NCBI GenBank assembly: GCA_027036135.1
Contig: JALVSY010000007.1
Coordinates: 420,880 to 484,879, forward strand
Direction of reading: 5' to 3'
DNA length: 64,000 nt
DNA from: Pyrodictiaceae archaeon
Lineage (GTDB): Archaea; Thermoproteota; Thermoprotei_A; Sulfolobales; Pyrodictiaceae
Under the pieces are notes generated by a model. That model made no database searches. It worked only from the letters and a program-made list of their open reading frames with translations, and was not told where the DNA came from. Position 1 is the stretch's first letter, and each line of letters opens with the position of its first letter. A program made the translations under genes and the position numbers. Of this stretch, positions 9,826 to 19,215 are shown piece after piece.

Positions 9826-9889
9826 CTTGATTATATGGTTAATTAAGAAACCATGATATATTTTCGCTAAACGTTTCTTTGAGATATGG

Positions 9890-10921
9890 CTATTCTCTGT
9901 ACATAAATGTTTTAGACTCTGCAACGCCTACTACTATTGCATCCAGGGTCTCTCCGCCTAGGATTATCTTTGCCTTAATACCTTGTACAACTACTTTGCC
10001 TCCTTCAAATAATAAGGGAACATATATACCGTCGTAAGAGACTATGTGTTCATTGCTTGTCTCAACTAAGCCGGGGTAATCACCTGCACTTATCTGATAG
10101 GGTTCAATGTATACTTCTTTTCTCACAACCTTATTAGTTAGCACAAATATCCTCGTCTCTGGTTTTAGCCGGGAGCTAACATTTACAAGTGATATACTTA
10201 TATCTGTTGTACCTATTCGCAATCGTTGCCATTTTCGCAACGCTTTTCTCAAGATCTCGGTACCTATGTCTCTCCATTTTGCTTCCCGTGCTATGTATTG
10301 AGGCGTTAGCGCCGATTGTAGTTTATTAGGCGAAGACGTGTAGAAGCTCTCTACGAGCTCTATGGTCCTCTTATAGCAGCTGGAGGTATCTATGCGGAAA
10401 ACTATATCGATATCAGAGAACTCTCTAAAGGAGCCTAGCAGTAGGGAGCCCGTAGGCCATATGCACTCATTTAGTGCATTTATTTCTAGTAAGCCTATTT
10501 CTTCAACTAGATAGCTAATGATATTTGACCACTTGTAGTTGCTGTACTTATCTAATTTACTTATATCTCTTATTGGATCTATGTTGCTGCCGGAGCAAAG
10601 ATATATGTGAGTCATATTGCTGGACACGGCCTCTACTGGTATCGGTACTCCATAGTGAGGACTATACTTAACTATAGTATAGGTCAATGTGCTCTTTACT
10701 GCCTTTGGTGCATATAATTCTATAAGACGATGTAATGAGCCAAGGTACTTTGTACTCCACGGTCCTCTGCTCAATGCTCTATACTTTGGTATAACAAGGT
10801 ACTCATTATCTATTATTTTCCTAACTACTACTGAGATGAGTCCTTTTTCTTCGTTAATTACAAGGTCGTTGGGCAATACCTCGTTAGTGGGTCTACCGCA
10901 CCAGTTTGGTACTGATAGCAT
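9890..10921 (-). CDS. Predicted nucleotidyltransferase (pol beta superfamily)
   Basis: TGSLLLGSFREFSDIDIV fits the GS-x10-DxD motif. Confidence 0.72.
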   Translation of the reverse strand: MLSVPNWCGRPTNEVLPNDLVINEEKGLISVVVRKIIDNEYLVIPKYRALSRGPWSTKYLGSLHRLIELYAPKAVKSTLTYTIVKYSPHYGVPIPVEAVSSNMTHIYLCSGSNIDPIRDISKLDKYSNYKWSNIISYLVEEIGLLEINALNECIWPTGSLLLGSFREFSDIDIVFRIDTSSCYKRTIELVESFYTSSPNKLQSALTPQYIAREAKWRDIGTEILRKALRKWQRLRIGTTDISISLVNVSSRLKPETRIFVLTNKVVRKEVYIEPYQISAGDYPGLVETSNEHIVSYDGIYVPLLFEGGKVVVQGIKAKIILGGETLDAIVVGVAESKTFMYRE

Positions 10922-11026
10922 GGTCTTGCGCCGTGGATAGATATTATTTATAGGAGCAGAACTCCGGGCACGGCCTCGACATGTTGTATCGCGTAGAGCC
11001 TTATGAGATGAGGGAATTTACGCAAA

Positions 11027-11104
11027 TGGCGGGCCCGCGGGGATTTGAACCCCGGACTACCGGCTCCGCAGGCCGGCGTCCTATCCTGGCTAGACTACGG
11101 GCCC
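11027..11104 (-). tRNA. tRNA-Arg(GCG), no intron, encoded CCA
   Basis: GGGCCCG acceptor stem, anticodon arm CCGGC-CTGCGGA-GCCGG, T-loop TTCAAAT, 3' GCCA. Confidence 0.97.
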
Positions 11105-11144
11105 TCCTTAGGCCCGTGTTCATAGTTTTCTATCTCCTTTTTGC

Positions 11145-11152
11145 CTTTAAAA
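11145..11152 (-). promoter_or_regulatory. Probable TATA box of tRNA-Arg
   Basis: TTTTAAAG on the minus strand about 40 nt upstream of the mature 5' end. Confidence 0.5.
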
Positions 11153-11245
11153 GCCTTGTTTGAATCCCGTTTCATAGAGCTAATGTCTAAGTGCTCTTAT
11201 ACGGTGTTACATAAAGATAGTATGAAATACGGGTGTTTCCAGTAC

Positions 11246-14179
11246 ATGCCTGCTAAGAAACGGAAAAGGCCTAGCGATGGTACGAGAAGTCTCCTATTCT
11301 ATTTAAAGAATTTGAAGAATTCTGAGGGCATTAGCGTTAATGAGAGGCAACATGGCTCGGAACACAAGCGTATAGATAGTGGTAACGATACAATAGATGA
11401 GGCTCTAAGGCAGAGGGAGGAGTATTTTGAAGAGTTATTAAAAGAATTAAGGAGAAAAAGTGTTGCTTCTTCGCAGAGTACTGTTGGTATTGAAATGAGT
11501 GTTGAAAGGAATACTGGGATTGGAAAAGACTTGGTAATTACGGATACTGAGAAAGGAAATCAGGTAGAAAGCAAAGCAGTGATTCCAGCGGCTACTTTGC
11601 TTAAGTCACTTCAGGGAGGGGGCGTTAAGGAGCTTGAAAAACTAGGGGATAAGCCGCTGGTGAGGTTTCCAAAAGAGGCGGAGAATGGAGATGAAGGATT
11701 TCTTTTGCAGACGTTCTATGATGGAGATAAAGAAGTTGCCGTTGCTAAACTTTACGATGATTCAACCGGAGAAATAATTTTATACCACGATAAGACGGGG
11801 TATAGGCCTTACTTCTTAACAGATATTCCCCCTGATAAGTTGCGTGAAATACCTGAAGTGGTTAGACATAAAGGATTTGAACGTGTTGAAGTAGTGGAGA
11901 AATTTGATCTCCTGCGTTGGCAGAAGAAGAGAGTTACTAAGATAGTTGTAAAGACTCCGGATGTTGTGAGAATATTAAGGGATAAGGTTCCACGTGCATG
12001 GGAAGCTAACATAAAGTTTCATCATAACTACATATATGATTATGGATTAATACCTGGAATGAAATATAGAGTCATCAATAATCGTCTCGAGCAAGCTGGC
12101 GATGTAATTGCCGAGGACAACAAGATAAGAGAAGTCTTTAGAGACGAAGACAAAGAAACTATAGAACTGGCAGTAAAGTGGCTACCCATATTTGAGGCAT
12201 CCCCACCCAAGCCTCGCCGAGTCGCGGTCGACATCGAGGTATTTACTCCCTTCAAAGGTAGAGTACCTGATCCCAAGACGGCTGCATATCCTATTATTAG
12301 CGTAGCATTTGCTTTCGAGGACGGTAGTCAAGCTGTATTCGTTCTTGCACGTCCTGGTCTCCAGCCAGGGGTTTTAAGAGATAGACTACCTGAGAGAATT
12401 CACATAGAAATATTTGATGATGAAAGATCCTTAATTCTTGAAACGTTTCGTATATTGTCTAACTATCCTATAGTTATAAGCTTTAATGGCGATCACTTCG
12501 ACTTTCCCTACCTATATATGCGTGCTCTTCGCCTCGGTATCGATAGGGATTATATACCGTTTCGCATAACTAGGAACTACGTTTCGTTAAAATATGGTGT
12601 ACATATTGATTTATACCAGTTTTTCAACATAAAGGCTATACAGGCATATGCGTTTGGTAATGCTTACAAAGAGTTCACGCTTGATGCTATAGCCTCTGCA
12701 CTGCTTGGCGAGCACAAGGTAGAAGTAGAGTCATCTATAAGTGACCTCTCTATGCTTGAGCTAATACGCTATAATGCTAGAGATGCTTACCTTACGCTTA
12801 AACTAACTAGCTTTAATAGCAACTTAGTATGGACACTAATAATCCTGCTCATGCGAATATCGAAGCTGCCTATCGAGGATGTAACCCGCAGTCAAGTATC
12901 AGCATGGATTAAGAGCCTATTTTATTGGGAGCATCGAAGAAGGGGCTATCTTATACCAACGCGAGAAGAAATAATAAAGCTAAAGGGTGGAACTAAATCA
13001 GAGGCTATTATTAAGGGTAAGAAGTATCAAGGAGCAATAGTTCTTGACCCCGCTAGTGGGGTGTTCTTTAATGTTGTTGTGCTAGATTTTGCGAGTCTAT
13101 ACCCAAGCATTATTAAGCAATGGAATCTAAGCTATGAGACAGTAAACCCAGTTTACTGTCCGGGTTCAAGGCTGGTTGAGGTTCCGGGAGTTGGGCATAA
13201 AGTATGCATGAGTATACGTGGATTAACTTCGCAAATAGTAGGTTTGCTAAGAGATTATCGTGTAAGGATATATAAGAAGAAGGCTAAATCAAGGGAGCTT
13301 CCCAAGGAAAAAAGAGAATGGTACAATACCGTCCAAGCCGCTATGAAAGTATACATAAACGCCAGCTACGGGGTCTTCGGGGCGCCTTCATTTCCTCTAT
13401 ATGCACCTCCTGTAGCTGAAAGTGTTACCGCCATAGGGCGCTATACGATTAAGCAGACGTTAGAGAAAGCCTCAGAACTAGGTCTTCGCGTGCTGTATGG
13501 CGATACTGATTCCCTATTCCTATGGAACCCCGATAAAAATAGCCTAAGAGAGCTCCAAGACTATGTGGAAGAAAACTTCGGGCTTGACCTCGAGGTCGAT
13601 AAAGTCTATAGATTTGTAACATTTAGTGGATTAAAGAAAAACTATATAGGTGTTTACGAGGATGGAAGTGTTGATGTTAAAGGCCTTGTCGCAAAGAAGC
13701 GAAATACCCCTGAATTCCTTAAGAAGGAATTTGCCGAAATAATAAAAGTAATAAGCTCAGTGCGGTCTGCCGAGGAGTTCATCAAGGTACGTAACTATAT
13801 TAGGGAGAGGCTAAGGCTGATGTACAGAGGCCTTCGTGACCTAGAGTATAACTTAGATGAACTCGCTATTAAGATGGCTCTTAATAAACATGTAAATGAA
13901 TATACAAAGAATACTCCTCAACATGTTAAGGCAGCTCGTCAACTTCTTCAAGTAGGTGTCCAAGTTCTTCCGGGTGATATTATCTCCTTTGTCAAGGTTA
14001 AAGGAAAGGAGGGAGTAAAGCCAGTACAATTAGCCCGATTAACGGAGGTTGATATTGAGAAGTATATTGATAGTATGAAGAGCGTGTTCGAACAACTTCT
14101 ATCAGCTATAAATATGGGTTGGGATGAGATAATTGGTGCATCAAGGCTTGAAGCGTTTTTTGCGCCAAGAGCCAGATAG
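11246..14179 (+). CDS. polB1: Family B DNA polymerase, PolB1 type
   Basis: Exo I VAVDIEV, DFASLYPSII, KVYINASYG, YGDTDS, and WEANIKFHHNYIYD typical of PolB1. Start set to ATG 11246 behind SD GGGTG. Confidence 0.96.
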   Translation: MPAKKRKRPSDGTRSLLFYLKNLKNSEGISVNERQHGSEHKRIDSGNDTIDEALRQREEYFEELLKELRRKSVASSQSTVGIEMSVERNTGIGKDLVITDTEKGNQVESKAVIPAATLLKSLQGGGVKELEKLGDKPLVRFPKEAENGDEGFLLQTFYDGDKEVAVAKLYDDSTGEIILYHDKTGYRPYFLTDIPPDKLREIPEVVRHKGFERVEVVEKFDLLRWQKKRVTKIVVKTPDVVRILRDKVPRAWEANIKFHHNYIYDYGLIPGMKYRVINNRLEQAGDVIAEDNKIREVFRDEDKETIELAVKWLPIFEASPPKPRRVAVDIEVFTPFKGRVPDPKTAAYPIISVAFAFEDGSQAVFVLARPGLQPGVLRDRLPERIHIEIFDDERSLILETFRILSNYPIVISFNGDHFDFPYLYMRALRLGIDRDYIPFRITRNYVSLKYGVHIDLYQFFNIKAIQAYAFGNAYKEFTLDAIASALLGEHKVEVESSISDLSMLELIRYNARDAYLTLKLTSFNSNLVWTLIILLMRISKLPIEDVTRSQVSAWIKSLFYWEHRRRGYLIPTREEIIKLKGGTKSEAIIKGKKYQGAIVLDPASGVFFNVVVLDFASLYPSIIKQWNLSYETVNPVYCPGSRLVEVPGVGHKVCMSIRGLTSQIVGLLRDYRVRIYKKKAKSRELPKEKREWYNTVQAAMKVYINASYGVFGAPSFPLYAPPVAESVTAIGRYTIKQTLEKASELGLRVLYGDTDSLFLWNPDKNSLRELQDYVEENFGLDLEVDKVYRFVTFSGLKKNYIGVYEDGSVDVKGLVAKKRNTPEFLKKEFAEIIKVISSVRSAEEFIKVRNYIRERLRLMYRGLRDLEYNLDELAIKMALNKHVNEYTKNTPQHVKAARQLLQVGVQVLPGDIISFVKVKGKEGVKPVQLARLTEVDIEKYIDSMKSVFEQLLSAINMGWDEIIGASRLEAFFAPRAR

Positions 14180-14201
14180 TCATCTAGTCATAATATATCA
14201 G

Positions 14202-14738
14202 CTATTTACTCTTCTTTCGTCTCCTTCGGCTCTTCTTCGGTTTTTGCTCTTCTAGCTCTTCTAATCCCTCTTCAAGTCTTCTTAGCTCCTCCTCTCCTAA
14301 TGCTAATTCCCCGCCTTCTTGTTGTATTTTCTTCGGCTCCTTAGTAGCGTCTATGAGGTAGTCCTCAAGCTGTTTTACTTCATTGTCATCTATGTATGGT
14401 GCTATTATGTACATACGTCTATCTAGGTATGAGTCCCCTAGCCACGCATTGTCAAAACTTATTGTAAGTACGGGTATATTTACTACAAGTTCGTTACCTT
14501 CTCTAAACATTTCTAGGTTGAGCTCTTGGAGAGTGTCGTATAGCTCTGGATTTATAGGTAGCTTGTACCTGACTTCGAACTTTGTCCGTATAGCAGTAAA
14601 GTCGCTATTCTCGGGATTCCACTCTTCAAGGGCTTTTTTAGCTATGTTCTTTGCTACTTCGCTATAGGGCTCATCTAGTATATCTTTTTGGGTAATTTTC
14701 CCCTCGTCTGAGCGTAGCACTACTACCTTTATCATCAA
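14202..14738 (-). CDS. Conserved crenarchaeal protein (DUF2286-like) with acidic then basic tail
   Basis: ALEEWNPENSDF and ISFDNAW motifs, recognised from memory. Confidence 0.7.
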   Translation of the reverse strand: MMIKVVVLRSDEGKITQKDILDEPYSEVAKNIAKKALEEWNPENSDFTAIRTKFEVRYKLPINPELYDTLQELNLEMFREGNELVVNIPVLTISFDNAWLGDSYLDRRMYIIAPYIDDNEVKQLEDYLIDATKEPKKIQQEGGELALGEEELRRLEEGLEELEEQKPKKSRRRRKKSK

Positions 14739-14779
14739 TCACCATGATATAGAGGCTTCTATTAGGCTATTTTTAAATT

Positions 14780-15292
14780 TTAAGTTTCATTTGCTGAGTC
14801 AGAAAAGCCCCTAACATAGACGTATATGTTGTGCGAAACTCTACCATCATTTATCGTTGAAAAGATTATTGGATTCCATTTAGTTATTCTGAATTCGTGA
14901 GAAACTATTCGCGCCCCCTTCTTTAGCTCTGTCCGGAACTTTTCTGCAAGTGCATCATTTACGCTCGTTAGCAAGAAGAGTGTAACTATGGTAGCTTCGC
15001 TAATATTTATATTAAACATATCATTATTAATAACTATTACTTTATTTTCAAGATTTAACGCTTTAATGTTCTCTTTAGCTTTTTTGGCTAATTCTTTCCT
15101 AATCTCTATGCATACAGCTTTACGGACACCAAACTCTCGAACAGCTATAATCGGTATTCGTCCGTCACCACAGCCTAAATCATAAACTATATCGTCATTA
15201 CTAGCATTGACTAGCTCTAGCATCTTACGTGCAACAGGTAAGGGTGTAGGCACAAAAGGGACGAGTATAGTCATATGATACCATGCACCCAA
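14780..15292 (-). CDS. Class I SAM-dependent methyltransferase (protein-lysine methyltransferase-like)
   Basis: PFVPTP, YDLGCGDGRI, GARIVSHEF. Confidence 0.9.
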   Translation of the reverse strand: MGAWYHMTILVPFVPTPLPVARKMLELVNASNDDIVYDLGCGDGRIPIIAVREFGVRKAVCIEIRKELAKKAKENIKALNLENKVIVINNDMFNINISEATIVTLFLLTSVNDALAEKFRTELKKGARIVSHEFRITKWNPIIFSTINDGRVSHNIYVYVRGFSDSANET

Positions 15293-15336
15293 ATAAATTA
15301 TACATTATAAACTTAAGGGAAATGTATTATAATCCT

Positions 15337-15651
15337 TTACTGTAGTTCCTCGAGCCTTTTCATCACTTCCTTCTTTGCTAACTCTAGGCTTGGCTGCAGA
15401 TTTTCATCAAGGGGCATTCTGGATAGGAGGAGTTTTATTTCACCATTATCCAGTTCCACTAGTAACTGCGGGAGCCACGCCATACCAAGGTCATCTGTGT
15501 CACCGTGCTCAACTAGAAGCACATAGTCTTCTATTCTAACCTCTTTATCAAGACTTTTCTCATTAGCTACTTCTTCGAGTAGTTGTATCCAGAGCTTATG
15601 TTGAGGATGATGTGGTGCTGTAACTAATATTAATTTGCGAGGTTTTGCCAC
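15337..15651 (-). CDS. Conserved protein, probable thioredoxin-like fold lacking CxxC
   Basis: LILVTAPHHPQH at the CxxC position and LPQLLVE cis-Pro-like motif. Confidence 0.65.
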   Translation of the reverse strand: MAKPRKLILVTAPHHPQHKLWIQLLEEVANEKSLDKEVRIEDYVLLVEHGDTDDLGMAWLPQLLVELDNGEIKLLLSRMPLDENLQPSLELAKKEVMKRLEELQ

Positions 15652-15872
15652 GGCTCTTTTTCACCAGGCACAAGCTCCGTGATGAGGAGCTTATATGTTC
15701 TCTTGCTCCACCTTTCTACGAGGCCTCTTCTCTTCATCTCTGCTAATATACGGCCAGCAGTTTTTGTTGATACTCCTAAGAGTCTTGCCAATTGATCGAC
15801 AGATATGTAGACGAGACCTAACGCTACGAGTGTTGAGGCGAGTTTCTCTACTTGTAGCCTTATCTGCGGCAA
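15630..15872 (-). CDS. Small winged-helix DNA-binding protein
   Basis: ISVDQLARLLGVSTKTAGRILAEMKRRGLVER. Confidence 0.8.
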   Translation of the reverse strand: MPQIRLQVEKLASTLVALGLVYISVDQLARLLGVSTKTAGRILAEMKRRGLVERWSKRTYKLLITELVPGEKEPWQNLAN

Positions 15873-16013
15873 AGCTTTGCCCCATGTATGTGTCTAGTGA
15901 TTGTAGCCTATGGCGAGGTGAGAGCCGGGCGAAGATATTCGGTATATTGGCGGAAAAAGCAAAAAAGAACACACACTTAGCTCCAAGGAATTAATGGGGG
16001 ATGTAGTAGCGCC

Positions 16014-17585
16014 GTGAGTATAGTAAATGAGGCTATTACGCCAATCTATGTACCTGATACTAGTGTCTTAATAGAGGGAATAGTCTCTAGGCTTGTAGAA
16101 GAAGGCAGAATAAGCGGTAAGATAATAATACATAGGGCGGTGTTATCTGAGCTAGAGAACCAGGCTAATCAAGGCAGAGCTACTGGTTACGCAGGGCTTG
16201 AGGAGGTAAAGAAGCTCCGCGAACTTGCGCGCCGAGGTAGAATAGAGCTCGAGATAGCAGGTGCCCGACCGTCGCCCAGCGAGATACGATTAGCAAAGAG
16301 CGGTACTATAGACGCCTTAATACGCGACTACGCTTACGAGGTTGGAGCTACTCTAATAACCTCTGATAGAGTTCAAGCTCTGGTAGCTGAGGCAATGGGA
16401 ATGAGTGTAATCTATATTCCTCCTAGGGTAACTAGTCTAGAGCAACTACGCATAGAGAAACTATTTGACGAGAACACAATGAGTATTCATATCAAGGAAG
16501 GCGCGCCAATAGTTGCAAAGAAAGGCACACCCGGTAACTGGGTCCTAGTCGAACTCACGTCTTCGCCGCTAAGCAGGGAGCAGGTAGAGGAAATTGCTAG
16601 GGAAATCGTAGAGGCGGCGAGAAGACGCCAAGATGGATTCATCGAGATAGATAGAGAAGGTTCTACTATCATACAGCTAGGAAGCTTTAGAATAGTTATA
16701 ACGCGGCCGCCTCTAAGCGAAGGCTGGGAAATAACAGCTGTAAGACCTGTTAAGAAGCTACGGCTCGAGGATTATAAGCTACCAACAAAACTACTCCATA
16801 GGCTCGAGTCAAAAGCAGAAGGTATATTAATAGCAGGCGCGCCAGGTATGGGTAAAACAACGTTTGCACAAGCCCTAGCCGAGTACTATGCATCCAAGGG
16901 CAAGGTCGTAAAAACCATAGAATCGCCTCGGGATATGAAGCTACCACCGCAAATAACCCAGTACTCAAAGAGCTTTGCACAACTAGGTGAACTTCACGAT
17001 ATACTCCTCCTAAGCAGACCCGACTACACGGTATTTGATGAGCTACGTACAGACGAGGACTTCAAACTATACATAGACCTTAGACTCGCAGGAATAGGTA
17101 TGATAGGAGTCGTTCATGCAACTTCGCCCATTGATGCTATTCAGCGCTTTATACGAAGAGTAGACATAGGTATACTTCCAAGCATAATTGATACAGTAAT
17201 ATTTATCGATAAAGGCACTGTTGATAAAGTTTATGGTTTAAGAATGACTGTAAAGCTTCCTACGGGCCTCCGAGAAGCTGAGCTAGCTCGTCCAGTCGTC
17301 GAGGTACGTAATGTCTTAACCGATGAACTTGAGTACGAGATCTATACATTTGGGGAACAAACAGTAGTCGTGCCAGTAAAGACTGTACAAGCTCCTATGC
17401 AAGGAGATAAAATAAGACGAATAATAGAACGAATAATACCGGGAGCGCAGGTAGACATACACGATAACGTAGTGGTAGTCAATGTCCCAAGGTTAGCAGC
17501 AAGAACTTTAATGAAGAAGATGAAAAAGATAAGAAAACTCGAAGAAAAATACGGCGTCACAATACGAGTAAACATGATTGGGTAG
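16014..17585 (+). CDS. PINA: PIN domain + P-loop ATPase + KH domain
   Basis: PIN DTSVL, Walker A GAPGMGKTT, RPDYTVFDELR, GVVHATSPIDAIQRF. Confidence 0.93.
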   Translation: MSIVNEAITPIYVPDTSVLIEGIVSRLVEEGRISGKIIIHRAVLSELENQANQGRATGYAGLEEVKKLRELARRGRIELEIAGARPSPSEIRLAKSGTIDALIRDYAYEVGATLITSDRVQALVAEAMGMSVIYIPPRVTSLEQLRIEKLFDENTMSIHIKEGAPIVAKKGTPGNWVLVELTSSPLSREQVEEIAREIVEAARRRQDGFIEIDREGSTIIQLGSFRIVITRPPLSEGWEITAVRPVKKLRLEDYKLPTKLLHRLESKAEGILIAGAPGMGKTTFAQALAEYYASKGKVVKTIESPRDMKLPPQITQYSKSFAQLGELHDILLLSRPDYTVFDELRTDEDFKLYIDLRLAGIGMIGVVHATSPIDAIQRFIRRVDIGILPSIIDTVIFIDKGTVDKVYGLRMTVKLPTGLREAELARPVVEVRNVLTDELEYEIYTFGEQTVVVPVKTVQAPMQGDKIRRIIERIIPGAQVDIHDNVVVVNVPRLAARTLMKKMKKIRKLEEKYGVTIRVNMIG

Positions 17586-17593
17586 AGGACACA

Positions 17594-18046
17594 GTGCCGA
17601 GGAATCGGCGAAGAGGCTTCCAAGCAGAAAGAGAACTAGTGAAAAAACTATGGGACCACGGCTTTGCAGTAATAAGGGCACCAGCCAGCGGCTCCGGTGC
17701 ACGTAGAATTTTCTACCCAGATATTGTCGCAATATATCATGGCAAAATATTTGTCATAGAGGTAAAGTATCGTTCATCCAATGACCCTATCTATATGAGT
17801 AAGGATAAGATAGATAAACTACTAGATTTCGCCAAACGTGCTAATGCCCGAGTATTTATCGCAATAAAGATTAGGAGCAGAGGCTGGTACTTAGCACCGC
17901 TTATGGAAGCATGTGTCGCAACTCTTCAAGGCTGCAAAATAGAAATTAATGATAATAGTATTATATCTTTAGAAGATTTTATAAACAGGATTACAAATGA
18001 TAGTTTAGATAAATATATTAGTAGCAACGCTTTATCAGCCGGATAA
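17594..18046 (+). CDS. hjc: Holliday junction resolvase Hjc
   Basis: GFQAERELV, GFAVIRAPASG, PDIVA, IEVK. Confidence 0.93.
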   Translation: MPRNRRRGFQAERELVKKLWDHGFAVIRAPASGSGARRIFYPDIVAIYHGKIFVIEVKYRSSNDPIYMSKDKIDKLLDFAKRANARVFIAIKIRSRGWYLAPLMEACVATLQGCKIEINDNSIISLEDFINRITNDSLDKYISSNALSAG

Positions 18047-18090
18047 GTTATCGTCATCTATTATCAGGCCGGGAGTAATTCATCACGTAT
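18031..18090 (-). ncRNA. Box C/D guide sRNA overlapping the hjc 3' end antisense
   Basis: Minus strand GTGATGA-ATTACTCCCGGC-CTGA-TAATAG-ATGACGA-TAACTTATCCGG-CTGA, near-perfect boxes with two 12-nt guides. Confidence 0.88.
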
Positions 18091-18125
18091 CTGCTCTTTA
18101 CTGTTAGTCTTGGATGGGCTCACTT

Positions 18126-19124
18126 TTATGAAGGTCTAATCTTTTTCTCAACGATATACGTATTATCCTTAAACCGCCATATAGCTCGTATAATATTAAG
18201 ATGGTCTGGCTTCATCTTTATAACAATATTCTTCTTTTCGCCCGCCTCTATTTGTTCGATAACTTTTCTATCTACAACAGTACCTACAGCGATATCAACA
18301 ATGACAACATTGGTTGCAACATTATTACCATTATTCTCTACTACTATCTCAGCTTTACTATTATTAAGTTTTCTAATATTAATATCTATATTCGGTCTAG
18401 GTATGTTTGTTTCGTAAATTAGGAGTGAGGAAACTATAATTTCCTTAGGAAGGTAGGCACCACTACCTATATGAGCTATAGTCAGTGCTTGAACTTCCTT
18501 AATGTTGTCTGTATACTCAAGTGAACCCTGATACCCAGAGATTTCTACTTTTGAATGGTTACTCGCCAATATTAATTGTGCCGAGGAATGAGGAATTGTA
18601 AGAGTCATTTTGATGTATGCGTCCCCAAGCCTAAAGGGAAGTCCTATACGAGTTTTTTCGCCAGGACCTAGTATTAGGGGTTCATTTAGATAGACATACT
18701 TTGTATGTGCTTTTTTGTTGCTCGTAAGTGTTAAGAACCCTATATGAAGCAAGTTAATTTCGTTATTCATTTCGGGATAAAATATGCTGACCCTATACCT
18801 TGCTGAGGGCTTAGACTTTACTATAGGAGTGACATCGAATACAATTTTACATACATAACCATTACTATATCTTTTACATACTTGCGGCTTAAACTCACGT
18901 GTTAGGACAACATCGGATAACTCTATTTTCCATTTTCTCGCATTATTACTTTTAATGGATACAACTATATCAAGTAAAGCTCTTACTATTTCTTCCGAAC
19001 CATAAGAGGCGATAGCAAAGTCAATGTAGTAATGTGTCTTATTTCCGACACCGCCTAGAATTACTTGAGGAGCAATGGCCTCGTATGCTAAATCAAAGCT
19101 ACCACTCTCATGTACTACTTGCAT
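18126..19124 (-). CDS. Hypothetical beta-rich protein with C-terminal CARDB/Ig-like domain
   Basis: IVVENNGNNVATNVVI...IEAGEKKNI pattern, no signal peptide. Confidence 0.7.
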   Translation of the reverse strand: MQVVHESGSFDLAYEAIAPQVILGGVGNKTHYYIDFAIASYGSEEIVRALLDIVVSIKSNNARKWKIELSDVVLTREFKPQVCKRYSNGYVCKIVFDVTPIVKSKPSARYRVSIFYPEMNNEINLLHIGFLTLTSNKKAHTKYVYLNEPLILGPGEKTRIGLPFRLGDAYIKMTLTIPHSSAQLILASNHSKVEISGYQGSLEYTDNIKEVQALTIAHIGSGAYLPKEIIVSSLLIYETNIPRPNIDINIRKLNNSKAEIVVENNGNNVATNVVIVDIAVGTVVDRKVIEQIEAGEKKNIVIKMKPDHLNIIRAIWRFKDNTYIVEKKIRPS

Positions 19125-19215
19125 AGTTATTGCATCTTCACCTCCTTCTCTGCTCCAATCATTATTGCTTACCGCTACTATAAGGAAGTTTAATCCTTAC
19201 CCCCCCATAGTAATC

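Noticed and set aside
10981-11163. 60-aa ORF containing GPRGFEPRT
   Set aside because: Antisense shadow of tRNA-Arg.
11141-11245. ORF-track TTG start for PolB1
   Set aside because: It overlaps the tRNA promoter region and has no SD. ATG 11246 has one.
15630-15872. Possible PolB1-binding protein PBP2
   Set aside because: Size and fold are similar, but the recalled PBP2 motifs are absent. Kept as a generic wHTH.
15895-15956. Degenerate C/D-like arrangement GTGATTG..GTGA..GCGAAGA..CGGA
   Set aside because: All four boxes are mismatched and it lies in a divergent promoter region, so the support is too weak.
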